From positions 418,435-482,434 of the forward strand of contig CAVVCK010000001.1 of NCBI GenBank assembly GCA_963746775.1: a DNA stretch of 64,000 nucleotides, in the 5' to 3' direction. The DNA is from an uncultured bacterium. GTDB taxonomy: Bacteria; Patescibacteriota; JABMPQ01; CAVVCK01. The translations under genes were made by a program, and so were the position numbers. The notes beneath the pieces are model-generated. The model saw only the letters and a program-made list of their open reading frames with translations, was not told the origin of the DNA and did no database searches. Shown here piece by piece: positions 19,775 through 29,698 of this stretch. Positions within the stretch are counted from its first letter, which is position 1; the number at the start of each line of letters is the position of its first letter.

Positions 19775-22348
19775 ATGGAAAATACCTCTGGTCTCTCTCA
19801 AAAAAGAGCTGAAATGCTCCTAAAAAATAATGGTTATAATGAATTACCTTCACAAAAAAATAAAAATAGTTTTTTAATTTTACTAAAGGTAATTTCCGAA
19901 CCGATGCTGCTTCTTTTAATTATAAGTGGTCTTATTTACTTTTTTTTGGGTGAAATACAAGATTCTTTAATGCTTCTAAGTTTCGTCTTAGTGGTTATAG
20001 GCATTACTTTTTATCAAGAAAGAAAAACAGAAAAAACCTTAATTGCCTTAAAAGAACTATCCAGCCCTAGAGTTTTAGTAATTAGAGATAATGAGCAGAA
20101 GATAGTTCCAGGGCGTGAAATAGTAAAAAATGACATTATTATTCTTCACGAAGGCAATAGAGTACCAGCCGATGCCGTTATTTTAGATTGTGAAAATTTA
20201 GCCATCGATGAATCCCTACTTACCGGAGAATCCATTCCTGTTAGAAAAACAAAATGGGATATGAAACTGAAAATACAAAGACCAGGAGGTAATGATTTAC
20301 CATTTATTTATTCTGGATCAATGGTAGTAAGCGGACAAGGAATAGCTAGAATTATTGCTACTGGTTCTAACACAGAGATAGGAAAAATTGGCAGAAGTAT
20401 TGAAGCAATCAAAGAAGAAGATACTCTCTTACACAAAGAAACAGCTAAAATAGTTCGTTTAATAGTTATTTTTGGCGCCCTACTTTGTTTATTAGTACTC
20501 TTAATTTATATTTTTATAAAAGACAATATTGTTCAGGGTTTATTAGCAAGCTTAACACTAGGCATGGCTATTCTTCCGGAAGAGTTTCCTGTCGTTTTGA
20601 TTATTTTCTTAACATTAGGAGCTTGGCGCATTTCAAAAAACAAAGTACTTACCAGACATCCGGCAGCCATAGAAACATTAGGAGCTACTACCATACTTTG
20701 TACTGATAAAACCGGTACTCTAACACTGAATAAAATGAGATTAATTAGTTTATATTCTCAAAACTCATTTTGTGGAATTAAAAATTATTCTACAGCTTAT
20801 AATTTGCCTGAAAAATTTCATAGCCTTTTAGAATATGGCATTTTAGCTAGTCAAAAAGATCCCTTTGACCCAATTGAAAAAGAACTAAATAAAACAGGTA
20901 ATTTATTTCTTAAAAATACTAAACATTTACATCAAAGTTGGTCTCTGAAGAAAGAATATCCTTTATCTAAAAACTTATTAGCAATATCACGTGTTTGGCA
21001 ATCTCCTGACCAGAAAAATTTCATCATTGCTTCCAAAGGAGCACCAGAAGCAATTTTTAATCTTTGCCATTTTAACTCTGCTCAAAAAAAAGAAGTGCTT
21101 CAAGAAGTAATAAAAATGTCTAATCAAGGTTTACGAATTTTAGGAGTGGCTAGAGCAAAATTTTCTCAAGATAGTCTTCCTAAAAATCAGCATGATTTCT
21201 CTTTTCAATTTATAGGTTTACTGGGTTTTATAGATCCAGCTCGTACCACTGCCCCCCAGGCAATAAAAGAAGCCTACAATGCTGGTATACGCGTTATTAT
21301 GATTACGGGTGATTATCCAGGAACTGCTCAATTCATAGCCAAAAAAATAGGCATTAATAATCCAGAACTATATATTACCGGCGAAGAATTAGAAAAAATG
21401 AATCATCTTGAATTAAGAAAAAGAATTAAGAAAACTAATATTTTTGCCCGAGTCATCCCTGAACAAAAGTTATTGATTGTTAACGCCCTAAAAGCAAATA
21501 ATGAAATAGTAACCATGACCGGCGATGGTGTTAATGATGCTCCAGCCCTAAAATCTGCTCATGTCGGCATTGCTATGGGAGAGCGTGGAACAGATGTTGC
21601 CCGCGAAGCATCCTCGCTAGTTCTTTTAAATGATGATTTTTCTTCAATTATAACCGCCGTAAGGTTAGGAAGAAGAATCTTTGATAATATTAAAAGAGCT
21701 ATGGGCTATATCTTAGCTGTTCACATACCTATCGCTGGCATTTCAATTCTTCCTCTTTTTTTTGACCTACCGATTATTTTGCTGCCAGCTCATATTGCTT
21801 TTTTAGAATTAATTATAGATCCAGCCTGCTCGGTTGTTTTTGAATCAGCTAAAGAAGATAAACAAATAATGAATAGGCCGCCCCGCAATCTTCACCATTC
21901 AATATTTAATTTTAAAACAGTTTCTATTAATATTTTACAAGGATTGGGTATATTACTGGCAATTTTTCTCTTGTTTCTCTTTACAATAAAATCAGGTATG
22001 GGAGAATACGAAGCTCGTTCTTTTGCTTTTACATCCTTAGTTTTGGCTAATATAGCACTTATTATAACTAATCTTTCTTGGGAAAAAAATATTTACCAAA
22101 TACTACGATCAGCTAATAAAACTTTATTTATAATTATTGGTAGTGCACTTATCTGTCTGCTTGGAATATTATACATACCCTTTTTAAATAATATTTTCCA
22201 TTTGGTTCCTCTTCATTTAAATGATCTTGCTCTTGTTGGTTTGATTGTTTTTGTTAGTTTAGCTTGGTTCGAAATATTTAAATACTACAAATATAAATTA
22301 AATCTTAATAATTATTTATCAAATAAAATTAAGAACTTAAACATTTAA
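19775..22348 (+). CDS. P-type cation-transporting ATPase (P2, PEEFP type)
   Basis: TGES, LPEEFP, DKTGT, KGAPE, TGDGVNDAP. Confidence 0.92.
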   Translation: MENTSGLSQKRAEMLLKNNGYNELPSQKNKNSFLILLKVISEPMLLLLIISGLIYFFLGEIQDSLMLLSFVLVVIGITFYQERKTEKTLIALKELSSPRVLVIRDNEQKIVPGREIVKNDIIILHEGNRVPADAVILDCENLAIDESLLTGESIPVRKTKWDMKLKIQRPGGNDLPFIYSGSMVVSGQGIARIIATGSNTEIGKIGRSIEAIKEEDTLLHKETAKIVRLIVIFGALLCLLVLLIYIFIKDNIVQGLLASLTLGMAILPEEFPVVLIIFLTLGAWRISKNKVLTRHPAAIETLGATTILCTDKTGTLTLNKMRLISLYSQNSFCGIKNYSTAYNLPEKFHSLLEYGILASQKDPFDPIEKELNKTGNLFLKNTKHLHQSWSLKKEYPLSKNLLAISRVWQSPDQKNFIIASKGAPEAIFNLCHFNSAQKKEVLQEVIKMSNQGLRILGVARAKFSQDSLPKNQHDFSFQFIGLLGFIDPARTTAPQAIKEAYNAGIRVIMITGDYPGTAQFIAKKIGINNPELYITGEELEKMNHLELRKRIKKTNIFARVIPEQKLLIVNALKANNEIVTMTGDGVNDAPALKSAHVGIAMGERGTDVAREASSLVLLNDDFSSIITAVRLGRRIFDNIKRAMGYILAVHIPIAGISILPLFFDLPIILLPAHIAFLELIIDPACSVVFESAKEDKQIMNRPPRNLHHSIFNFKTVSINILQGLGILLAIFLLFLFTIKSGMGEYEARSFAFTSLVLANIALIITNLSWEKNIYQILRSANKTLFIIIGSALICLLGILYIPFLNNIFHLVPLHLNDLALVGLIVFVSLAWFEIFKYYKYKLNLNNYLSNKIKNLNI

Positions 22349-22383
22349 TATTTGTAACTTATCTCTAGCCTATATTATAAATT

Positions 22384-24234
22384 CTATTTTCCATTTCTCT
22401 TATTATAAAGTATATTGTATCCCCTCTCAAAAGCCTCAATCGAGGCTACTATTACATCTGGAGAAGTAGCGGTCGCAATAACTCTGTTGTCCTTATCATC
22501 TTTCAAACTCATGGAAACTTCCACCGTCGCATCAGTTCCTTTCTGATCAATTTTTACATCAAAATCTGTTAACCAATATTTCATTAACTTTTCTTTTTTA
22601 ATAACTGCCCGAACTGCTCTCATTATAGCATCAACCGGGCCTACACCTTTAGCTTTGTCCGTACTTACACATTTATTTTTTATACAAACTTTAACTTCTG
22701 CTACTGCCTTATCATTTTTAGAAGTAGATACTTCAAAATCTTCTATCTTAATTAATTTCTTTGAATCCGGTACAGTTTTTAGAACATCTTCTATAATATG
22801 TTGCAAATCTGACCCTACCATTTCTTTTCCTTTCTTGAAAAAACTCTCTATTTCATTATATGTGGCACTTAAATACTCTTTATTTAAATCCAGGCCAAAA
22901 TCTTTATTTATTACTCTCTTTAATTGTCCCAAACTAGGTTTCTTAGACCAAAGTTCTTTTACTTTATCTTTTTCTACCGTTCCTTTAATATTATATAATT
23001 TCATTTTCAAATAGCTATCTACTTCAGACATCTTTGGTTCAATCGAGGGTGGAGAAGGCAAAATTTTCAACATAGTTAAAGGATCTTTTAATCCATTGCC
23101 AGTACAAACACAAACAACCACGTCATCTTTTTTAATTTTCTTTTGTTTCACCATTTTATGTAGTGCAGCTAGAGGCAACGCTGCCGAAGGTTCAACAAAA
23201 ATTGATTCTTTCTCCGCTAATTCTTTTTCAGCATTTAGCGTATCTTCATCTGTTACTTCAATTGCCTCACCACGAGTTCCATAAATAGCCTTTAATAACT
23301 TTAAGCCATCCAGGGGCATACTAACCGCTACTGCCGATGACACGGTACTAGGTTTTTCTATAGCTTTCATTGTTTTAGATTTTCTCTTAAATGCCTCAAC
23401 TACTACATTGGCACCCTCAGGTTGCACACCAACAACTTTGGGCAACTTATCAATAAATCCTAATTCATACATTTCTCTAAATCCTTTATAGATAGCTGAC
23501 AAATTTGTACCACAACCAACCGGAGCTATCACCCAATCAGGAGACTTCCAGTAAAGCTGTTCGGCTATTTCATAGCCTTGCGATTTCTGTCCTTCTCCGC
23601 GAAAAACATAATCTCCAGCTAAATAAAATCCATATTTATGAGCAATTTCTTCAGTTAATTTAGCACACTCAGTATAAGTTCCCCTCACCTGAATTACTCT
23701 GGCACCATAAGCTAGAGTTTGAGCTAGTTTTCCCAAGGGAGTTCCTTCAGGTACTACAATATAAGCGGGAATTCCTGCTTGAGCGGCATAAGCAGCCACA
23801 GATGCTGCCATATTCCCAGTTGAGGCGGTAATAATAGCTTCTGCCCCCATTTCCATAGCCTTAGTCATTTCTACCATCGTTCCTCTATCTTTAAAGCCCC
23901 CTGTAGGATTAGAAGTTTCATCTTTAAAATATAATTTATTTAAACCAAGTTTCTTACCTATTTGTTTGCTTCTTTTTAAGGGCGTTCCTCCTTCATTAAG
24001 GCTGACTAATTTATTTAAATCCATAATAGGATAAAAACTCATATATTTAGCCGATGAAAGTGGTGTATTTTTTAGTGAATAAAAATTAAGCCTGCTCTTT
24101 ATATATTCATAATCATATTCAACATCCAAGGGTCCGCCACACTTCAGACAATGAGAAGTTGTTTCCTCTTCTTTAAAATATTTTCCACAGTTTGCACACT
24201 TTAATTTATAAAATTTTTCTTGTTTGGTTGTCAT
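22384..24234 (-). CDS. thrC: Threonine synthase-like PLP enzyme with N-terminal Zn ribbon and C-terminal LeuA/CimA-type allosteric domain
   Basis: CxxC...CxxC; NPTGGFKDRG, ASTGN, EPSAA, TGNGLK; C-terminal GVGPVDA and DVIVASIEA. Confidence 0.85.
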   Translation of the reverse strand: MTTKQEKFYKLKCANCGKYFKEEETTSHCLKCGGPLDVEYDYEYIKSRLNFYSLKNTPLSSAKYMSFYPIMDLNKLVSLNEGGTPLKRSKQIGKKLGLNKLYFKDETSNPTGGFKDRGTMVEMTKAMEMGAEAIITASTGNMAASVAAYAAQAGIPAYIVVPEGTPLGKLAQTLAYGARVIQVRGTYTECAKLTEEIAHKYGFYLAGDYVFRGEGQKSQGYEIAEQLYWKSPDWVIAPVGCGTNLSAIYKGFREMYELGFIDKLPKVVGVQPEGANVVVEAFKRKSKTMKAIEKPSTVSSAVAVSMPLDGLKLLKAIYGTRGEAIEVTDEDTLNAEKELAEKESIFVEPSAALPLAALHKMVKQKKIKKDDVVVCVCTGNGLKDPLTMLKILPSPPSIEPKMSEVDSYLKMKLYNIKGTVEKDKVKELWSKKPSLGQLKRVINKDFGLDLNKEYLSATYNEIESFFKKGKEMVGSDLQHIIEDVLKTVPDSKKLIKIEDFEVSTSKNDKAVAEVKVCIKNKCVSTDKAKGVGPVDAIMRAVRAVIKKEKLMKYWLTDFDVKIDQKGTDATVEVSMSLKDDKDNRVIATATSPDVIVASIEAFERGYNILYNKRNGK

Positions 24235-24270
24235 AATTTTTTTAGTAGTTGAAATTGGTTATTTGGAAGA

Positions 24271-24348
24271 TAGATATTAGTAATAGAAATTAGATAACAG
24301 AAAATGGTAAACAAATTTCCAATCTCTATTTTCTATTACCATTTTCTA
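24271..24348. repeat. Inverted array of degenerate heptamers
   Basis: TAGATAT/TAGAAAT/TAGATAA/CAGAAAA/TGGTAAA followed by complementary units; AGAAAATGGTAA (24299-24310) pairs with TTACCATTTTCT (24336-24347). Confidence 0.55.
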
Positions 24349-24429
24349 ATTTTTAAACAGCAATTTACTTGTATATTTATTAATATTATTCATATTAATT
24401 AGCATATTGGCATTGTGTTATTAGTATAT

Positions 24430-24533
24430 AAAAATGCCACCTATTACGGTGGCTTATACTAAACAAAAAATTCCAGGTAAGCCACCTAGGCAGCAATAAT
24501 AATTAAATTTATAATCCAAAATATTCTTTTCAA
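24430..24533 (-). promoter_or_regulatory. Ile-responsive transcription attenuator
   Basis: Leader ORF; antiterminator GGTGGCTTA (24486-24478) pairs with TAAGCCACC (24456-24448); terminator GCCACC-GTAATA-GGTGGC (24453-24436) followed by ATTTTT. Confidence 0.82.
24486..24533 (-). CDS. Leader peptide (M)KRIFWIINLIIIAA
   Basis: TTG-start 15-codon ORF with 6 Ile including ATT ATT ATT; the stop codon overlaps the antiterminator arm. Confidence 0.7.
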   Translation of the reverse strand: MKRIFWIINLIIIAA

Positions 24534-24565
24534 CTTTTTTCTAATATTTCATTATCTTCTTCTAT

Positions 24566-24594
24566 ACCTTACACATTATTTTATCCATCGTCAA
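24566..24594 (-). promoter_or_regulatory. Promoter for the leader and thrC
   Basis: TTGACG-N17-TAAGGT with extended -10 TG. Confidence 0.6.
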
Positions 24595-24600
24595 GAAATA

Positions 24601-24629
24601 TTGAAACTAGCACTAATATATGCTATAAT
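24601..24629 (+). promoter_or_regulatory. Promoter for the M23/surface protein cluster
   Basis: TTGAAA-N17-TATAAT with TGn extension. Confidence 0.7.
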
Positions 24630-24710
24630 ATTAATAAGTAATATGCTTCCAGTACTTAACAAAATTTTTAAGTACAAATATGCCCTTACAGGGTATAAAA
24701 CAAAAATAAA

Positions 24711-26243
24711 ATGAAATTTAATTTTTTATCTAAATTAAGCTTTAAATCGGTTGTATTTTTATTGTTTTCTTTGTCTTTTTTCCCTTTAATAACTATTAAA
24801 GCCAGTGATCTTCCCTCTAATATGGCTTATCCAGTTGATAATTGGAGAATTGTCCAAGATGGAGGAGAATTTGGTTATGAGAGAGAAGATAAAACATTCC
24901 ATTTGGGCGCAGATTGTCCTAAATCTGCCGGAGAAGCGGTATATGCTTTTATGGATGGTGTAGTAAAACACGTTGGAATTCATAGCCGTTTTGGTACTGT
25001 AATTTTAATAGAACACACTCTAAACGAAGAAAAAATAGTTTCCCTTTATGGCCATTTACGTGGAATTGACGTTGAAGTAACTGAAGGCCAGAAAGTAACC
25101 AAAGGTCAATTAATCGGACATATTGGCGCTTCAGGTCCTGAAAATGGCTATTGGTCGGAACATTTACATTTTGGAATTAGAAAAGGTGAATATGTTAATG
25201 TTAAATCACAGTGGGTTTATTGGGGCTTAGGGAGTGAAGAAGAGTTAGCTAATTGGTATAATCCTGCTATATTTTTAGGAGAAGGTTATAAAAATTTAAT
25301 AGACATTAAACAGACAAGTAGAATTGTTACCATTCCAGGGCTTGGAGGTAATACTCAAGCTAAATTATTTGATAAATATGGTAATAAAATAGAAAATTCT
25401 GATATTTATGCCTCTAGCCATAATTTTGATGGAGGAGGAGATGCTGTCTTCGGTAAAACTGACGGTAATGATAATGTTGAAGAAATTATTATTGGAGCTG
25501 GTGTAGGAGACAAGCCTTATGTTAAAATATATGATAAAAGTACTAAAGAACTCATTAGAAAATTTTTAGCCTATAATGAGAGTTTTATGGGTGGTGTTAG
25601 AGTAGCTTCTGGTGATTTAGATGGAGATGGAATAGATGAAATTATTACCGGAGCTGGTCCTGGCGGAGCACCTCATGTTAGAGTTTTTGATAATTTAGGA
25701 AATGTTATTTATGGAAAATTATTTCCTTTTGGTGAAAATCTAAAAACTGGTGCTGATGTTGCTACAGGAGATATAGATGGTGACGGTCGAGATGAAATTG
25801 TTGCCTCTCAAGGTCCAGGTAATGAACCAAAAGTAGCCATCATTAACGAAAATGGAAAAACTGAAAATGAATTCCTAGCTTATAATAAAAATTTCAAGGG
25901 CGGAGTAAGAGTAGCTACTGGTGATATTGACCGTGATAGCGAAGATGAAATTATAACTGGTGCTGGTCCCGGCGGCGGACCTCACGTGAGAATTTTTGAG
26001 GCTGATGGTAAACCGAGAGGTATAGATTTTTTCCCTTTTTCCCCTAGCTTCAGAGGTGGTGTAGATGTAAGTTCTATTGATTATGATCAAGACGGTAAAG
26101 ATGAAATAATTATGACACAAGCATCAGGAGGACAAGCTTGGGTCAAAATATATAGATATAATGATGAGAAAACTGTTTACGCAAATTTTTTAGCCTACCC
26201 GGAATATTTTGAAGGCGGAACTTATGTTTCAGGTTTAGAATAA
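24711..26243 (+). CDS. Secreted M23 peptidase with FG-GAP/VCBS repeats
   Basis: Signal peptide; HLGAD, YGHL, HLHF; repeated GDxDGDGxDEIITGAGPGGGPHVR. Confidence 0.9.
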   Translation: MKFNFLSKLSFKSVVFLLFSLSFFPLITIKASDLPSNMAYPVDNWRIVQDGGEFGYEREDKTFHLGADCPKSAGEAVYAFMDGVVKHVGIHSRFGTVILIEHTLNEEKIVSLYGHLRGIDVEVTEGQKVTKGQLIGHIGASGPENGYWSEHLHFGIRKGEYVNVKSQWVYWGLGSEEELANWYNPAIFLGEGYKNLIDIKQTSRIVTIPGLGGNTQAKLFDKYGNKIENSDIYASSHNFDGGGDAVFGKTDGNDNVEEIIIGAGVGDKPYVKIYDKSTKELIRKFLAYNESFMGGVRVASGDLDGDGIDEIITGAGPGGAPHVRVFDNLGNVIYGKLFPFGENLKTGADVATGDIDGDGRDEIVASQGPGNEPKVAIINENGKTENEFLAYNKNFKGGVRVATGDIDRDSEDEIITGAGPGGGPHVRIFEADGKPRGIDFFPFSPSFRGGVDVSSIDYDQDGKDEIIMTQASGGQAWVKIYRYNDEKTVYANFLAYPEYFEGGTYVSGLE

Positions 26244-26289
26244 TTCTTCTAAAAATTATTCTATAAAATAAAAATAAAAATCCATAAAA

Positions 26290-27537
26290 ATGAAAATAAA
26301 AATCTCTTTATTCCTACTTCTAAACTTACTAGCCATATTTACTTTAATAAATTTGACTTCAGCTTCAACCATTGATCAATTACAGCCTGCCGCTTATACA
26401 ATCAATGAAGATTTAACAGTAAATGGAACTGGTATCTTTAATTCCATTAAAATAGGTAAACAAAACGAAGGAGGTGTAACTTTCTTTAATGGTTCTATTG
26501 TTAACGCTACAACTACTGACGGAATCGATAATCCTATAGCTTTTGCCGATAATATAAGGATAGATGGCATTTTATTCAGAACAGAAGAAGGTGGTAATAA
26601 CCCTTTAAAAATAGGTGATACTCTGAAACCTAATAGTGATAATAGTTATGATATAGGACAAACAGACTCTCAGTGGAGAAATGCTTACTTCACCGGCACT
26701 GTTAGTGTTGGCAATTTACAAGGATCAAAAATAATTCATCCAGACAATCTAGCTACTTCTAATTCTGCTTCCTCAGGACAAGTTTTGTCATATAATTCCG
26801 AGGGTAATCTAGAATGGATTCCAGTCGCAGGAAATAGCGGTGATATAACTGCAGTTAGCGCCGGTTCTGGTTTATCGGGCGGTGGAACATCAGGTGATGT
26901 ATCTTTAAGCGTCTCTAGCACTGGCATAACTAATACTATGCTAGCAAACAATGCGGTAACTTCAGCTAAAATACAGGATGGCACCATAGCAGGAGCCGAT
27001 CTTACTTCTAGTTATCAATCAGGTTCTGCCTATGATAGTCGATTCGTAACCCAATCTTCTCCTTCCTGGAGTTCTAGAACTGGTTATGTAAGTGTGGCTC
27101 CCGGCGCCTTCACCCCTAAAAAGAACTATTATGATACTGATCCAGGAGGAAGTACTGATTATAATTATACACATCTAGGATATAAGTTAACTGGTACAAA
27201 TGTTGCCGCTGAAAAATATTATGCCCAAGTTGATCTCCCTCATGGATCTACTATAGCAAGATTAGATTTTTATTACGATGATGACGATGCTTCTAAACAA
27301 GCTAGGTTAGACTTATTAGCACATAGCAGAGTAGCTGCTGCACCTAGTTATTTAGCTACTGTACAATCACCAACAGGAACTGATAGTGATGGTAGCAGTT
27401 ATGACGATACTATTTTAGATGTTTTGAAAACTATTGATAATAGTAGTTATAGTTATTATTTAGAATTAGGATTATCCTCTACAAACCTAAGTTATTATGG
27501 TGCTACTATAACTTATACTTATACAGAACCTTATTAA
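26290..27537 (+). CDS. Secreted fibre-like protein, paralog 1
   Basis: Signal peptide, GGVTFFNG domain, GDITAVSAGSGLSGGG, VTSAKIQDGTI repeat, TYTYTEPY C-terminus. Confidence 0.7.
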   Translation: MKIKISLFLLLNLLAIFTLINLTSASTIDQLQPAAYTINEDLTVNGTGIFNSIKIGKQNEGGVTFFNGSIVNATTTDGIDNPIAFADNIRIDGILFRTEEGGNNPLKIGDTLKPNSDNSYDIGQTDSQWRNAYFTGTVSVGNLQGSKIIHPDNLATSNSASSGQVLSYNSEGNLEWIPVAGNSGDITAVSAGSGLSGGGTSGDVSLSVSSTGITNTMLANNAVTSAKIQDGTIAGADLTSSYQSGSAYDSRFVTQSSPSWSSRTGYVSVAPGAFTPKKNYYDTDPGGSTDYNYTHLGYKLTGTNVAAEKYYAQVDLPHGSTIARLDFYYDDDDASKQARLDLLAHSRVAAAPSYLATVQSPTGTDSDGSSYDDTILDVLKTIDNSSYSYYLELGLSSTNLSYYGATITYTYTEPY

Positions 27538-27616
27538 TAAAATGATTTTTAAAATTATAAAATTTTTGTTATAATAAATAATAATTTAAAAAGACTCTGC
27601 CAGATAAAAAAACAAA

Positions 27617-28690
27617 ATGAAAAAACTATTGCCTTTCCTAACAATTTTAGGCATCTTCGCTTTGGTGGATCTAGCCTCTGCTTCCCCCGCTACCGATCTT
27701 CAACCAGCTCAAACTATTACCTACAACGAGGATCTAACAGTTAATGGTACTGCCAGGTTTGATTCTGCTTACATTGGTAAAACTACCGGCGAAGGCGGAG
27801 TAACTTTTTTCAATGGTACCATGATTAATAATTCAGCAGGTAGTGTTCCTCTGACTATGGGTGATGACTTAAGAGTAGATGGTATGATTTGGAGAGGGCC
27901 TTCTAAAGGAACAGCTGATGATATGCCTTTAAAGATAGCCGATACGCTAATGCCTGCTCTAAATAATGTTAACGATATAGGGACGGAAGATAATCAGTGG
28001 AAAGATGCCTATTTTGCTGGTGAGGTAACTGTAGGTAATTTGTTAGGAACAGGAGTAATTCATACTAATAACCTAGCTACTACTAATGCTGCTTCAACTA
28101 ATCAAGTACTATCCTATAACGGAGAGGCTTTAGAATGGGTAAATGGAGGTGATATTACCGGAATTACTGCTGGAACAGGATTATCTGGCGGAGGAACAAG
28201 TGGAGAGGTGACGTTGAGGGTGGATGATGATTATGTTGTAACCCAGTCTTCACCTGAATGGGATGCTAGAACAGGAGAAGTAAATGTTGCACCAGCCGAT
28301 TGCACAGGAGGAAGTAATTCATCTAATTTTACTCTAGATGCCACACGTTTCTATGCAGGATCTGTAGCATTTTTCTACTGCCCAGTACATTTACCTAACG
28401 GGGCTAATATTACTAGTTTTACCGCTAATGTGGAAGACACACACGCATCAAATTTGACAATAACATTACAAAGAAATCAATTGACAGATGGTTCTCCTGT
28501 TACTCAAAATCTCGCTTCTGTAAATTCAAGTTCTAGCTCTGGAAAAGTATTGTTAACAGATTCTACTATTGATAATGCCACAGTTGATAATGATTATACT
28601 TATACGATTTGGTTAAACTTCGGTGCTGCTTCTTCATTATTATCCTTTGATGGAGCAAAAATCACTTATACCTATACAGAACCTTATTAA
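27617..28690 (+). CDS. Secreted fibre-like protein, paralog 2
   Basis: Same N-terminal domain, GDITGITAGTGLSGGG, TYTYTEPY C-terminus. Confidence 0.7.
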   Translation: MKKLLPFLTILGIFALVDLASASPATDLQPAQTITYNEDLTVNGTARFDSAYIGKTTGEGGVTFFNGTMINNSAGSVPLTMGDDLRVDGMIWRGPSKGTADDMPLKIADTLMPALNNVNDIGTEDNQWKDAYFAGEVTVGNLLGTGVIHTNNLATTNAASTNQVLSYNGEALEWVNGGDITGITAGTGLSGGGTSGEVTLRVDDDYVVTQSSPEWDARTGEVNVAPADCTGGSNSSNFTLDATRFYAGSVAFFYCPVHLPNGANITSFTANVEDTHASNLTITLQRNQLTDGSPVTQNLASVNSSSSSGKVLLTDSTIDNATVDNDYTYTIWLNFGAASSLLSFDGAKITYTYTEPY

Positions 28691-28720
28691 TAAAAATATA
28701 AAATAATATAAAAAAACAAA

Positions 28721-29602
28721 ATGAAAAAACTATTGCCTTTCCTAACAATTTTGGGCATCTTTGTCTTAGCTGGTTTTGCTTCTGCCTCTACCGCTAATGA
28801 ATTACAACCTGCCTCATCACTTGTTGTTGATAAAGAACTACGAGTGCTTGGTACCGCTAGAGCCTATTCAATTCGTATCGGTGCTCAGGGATATGGTGGT
28901 GTAACTTTTTTTAATGGAACAATTATCAACGAAACCACGGATACAGATACAGGAACAGAAATGCCAGTAACTTTTGGTGATGATGTCAGAATAGATGGAC
29001 GTATTTGGAGAGGAGAAAATGCCGGACCAGGATTAAATGATGATCGTGAGCTTATTGTTAATGATGATATGGAGATAACTGGTGATTTAACTGTTAACAA
29101 TTTAGTTGGTACAGGAGTAGTAAATAGTAATAATATATTAGATGGGACAATAACTACTGCTGATTTGGCTGATAGTTCAATTACTAGTGCTAAACTTACT
29201 GATGGAACTATAATGGGTAGTGATATTTCAAGTTCTGCTGATTTAAGTGTAGCTACTGGTACTTTTTCGGGAGATATAACTGCCCACGGAGATATTATTC
29301 AGGATTTAGCTGACCATGGAGCAGCGAAAGCGTTAACTGTTATACATGAGGATGGAACATGCCCAACTCAATGGACATATAATGATAGTACTATAACTTG
29401 TGCAAGCATTGGTGCTGGAAATTATACTGCAACATTCACTTTTAATGTTTATAATAGATATAACCAGTTAACTGGATTACAATCTGATCCGCATTTCCTT
29501 AATTATAATGTAAACCTAGCTACACCAAAAGTTCTCTATATACGTAGCTACGATATTGCAGGAAATCCAGAAAATTCTAATGTTGTAATTTCTGTTTTCT
29601 AA
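28721..29602 (+). CDS. Secreted fibre-like protein, paralog 3
   Basis: Signal peptide nearly identical to paralog 2; GGVTFFNG domain; DGTITTADLAD repeats; different C-terminal domain. Confidence 0.7.
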   Translation: MKKLLPFLTILGIFVLAGFASASTANELQPASSLVVDKELRVLGTARAYSIRIGAQGYGGVTFFNGTIINETTDTDTGTEMPVTFGDDVRIDGRIWRGENAGPGLNDDRELIVNDDMEITGDLTVNNLVGTGVVNSNNILDGTITTADLADSSITSAKLTDGTIMGSDISSSADLSVATGTFSGDITAHGDIIQDLADHGAAKALTVIHEDGTCPTQWTYNDSTITCASIGAGNYTATFTFNVYNRYNQLTGLQSDPHFLNYNVNLATPKVLYIRSYDIAGNPENSNVVISVF

Positions 29603-29619
29603 ATAACTCACAAAAATAT

Positions 29620-29646
29620 AAACCGTCTTCTTTAGACGGTTTTTTA
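29620..29646 (+). terminator. Intrinsic terminator
   Basis: AAACCGTCT-N5-AGACGGTTT followed by a T tract. Confidence 0.8.
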
Positions 29647-29698
29647 TTTCCAAATATAAAAATATAGTTATAATATAAGCATAAACTAAATAAAATTT

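Noticed and set aside
26290-29602. Diversity-generating retroelement targets
   Set aside because: No reverse transcriptase and no adenine-specific TR/VR pair seen in the window
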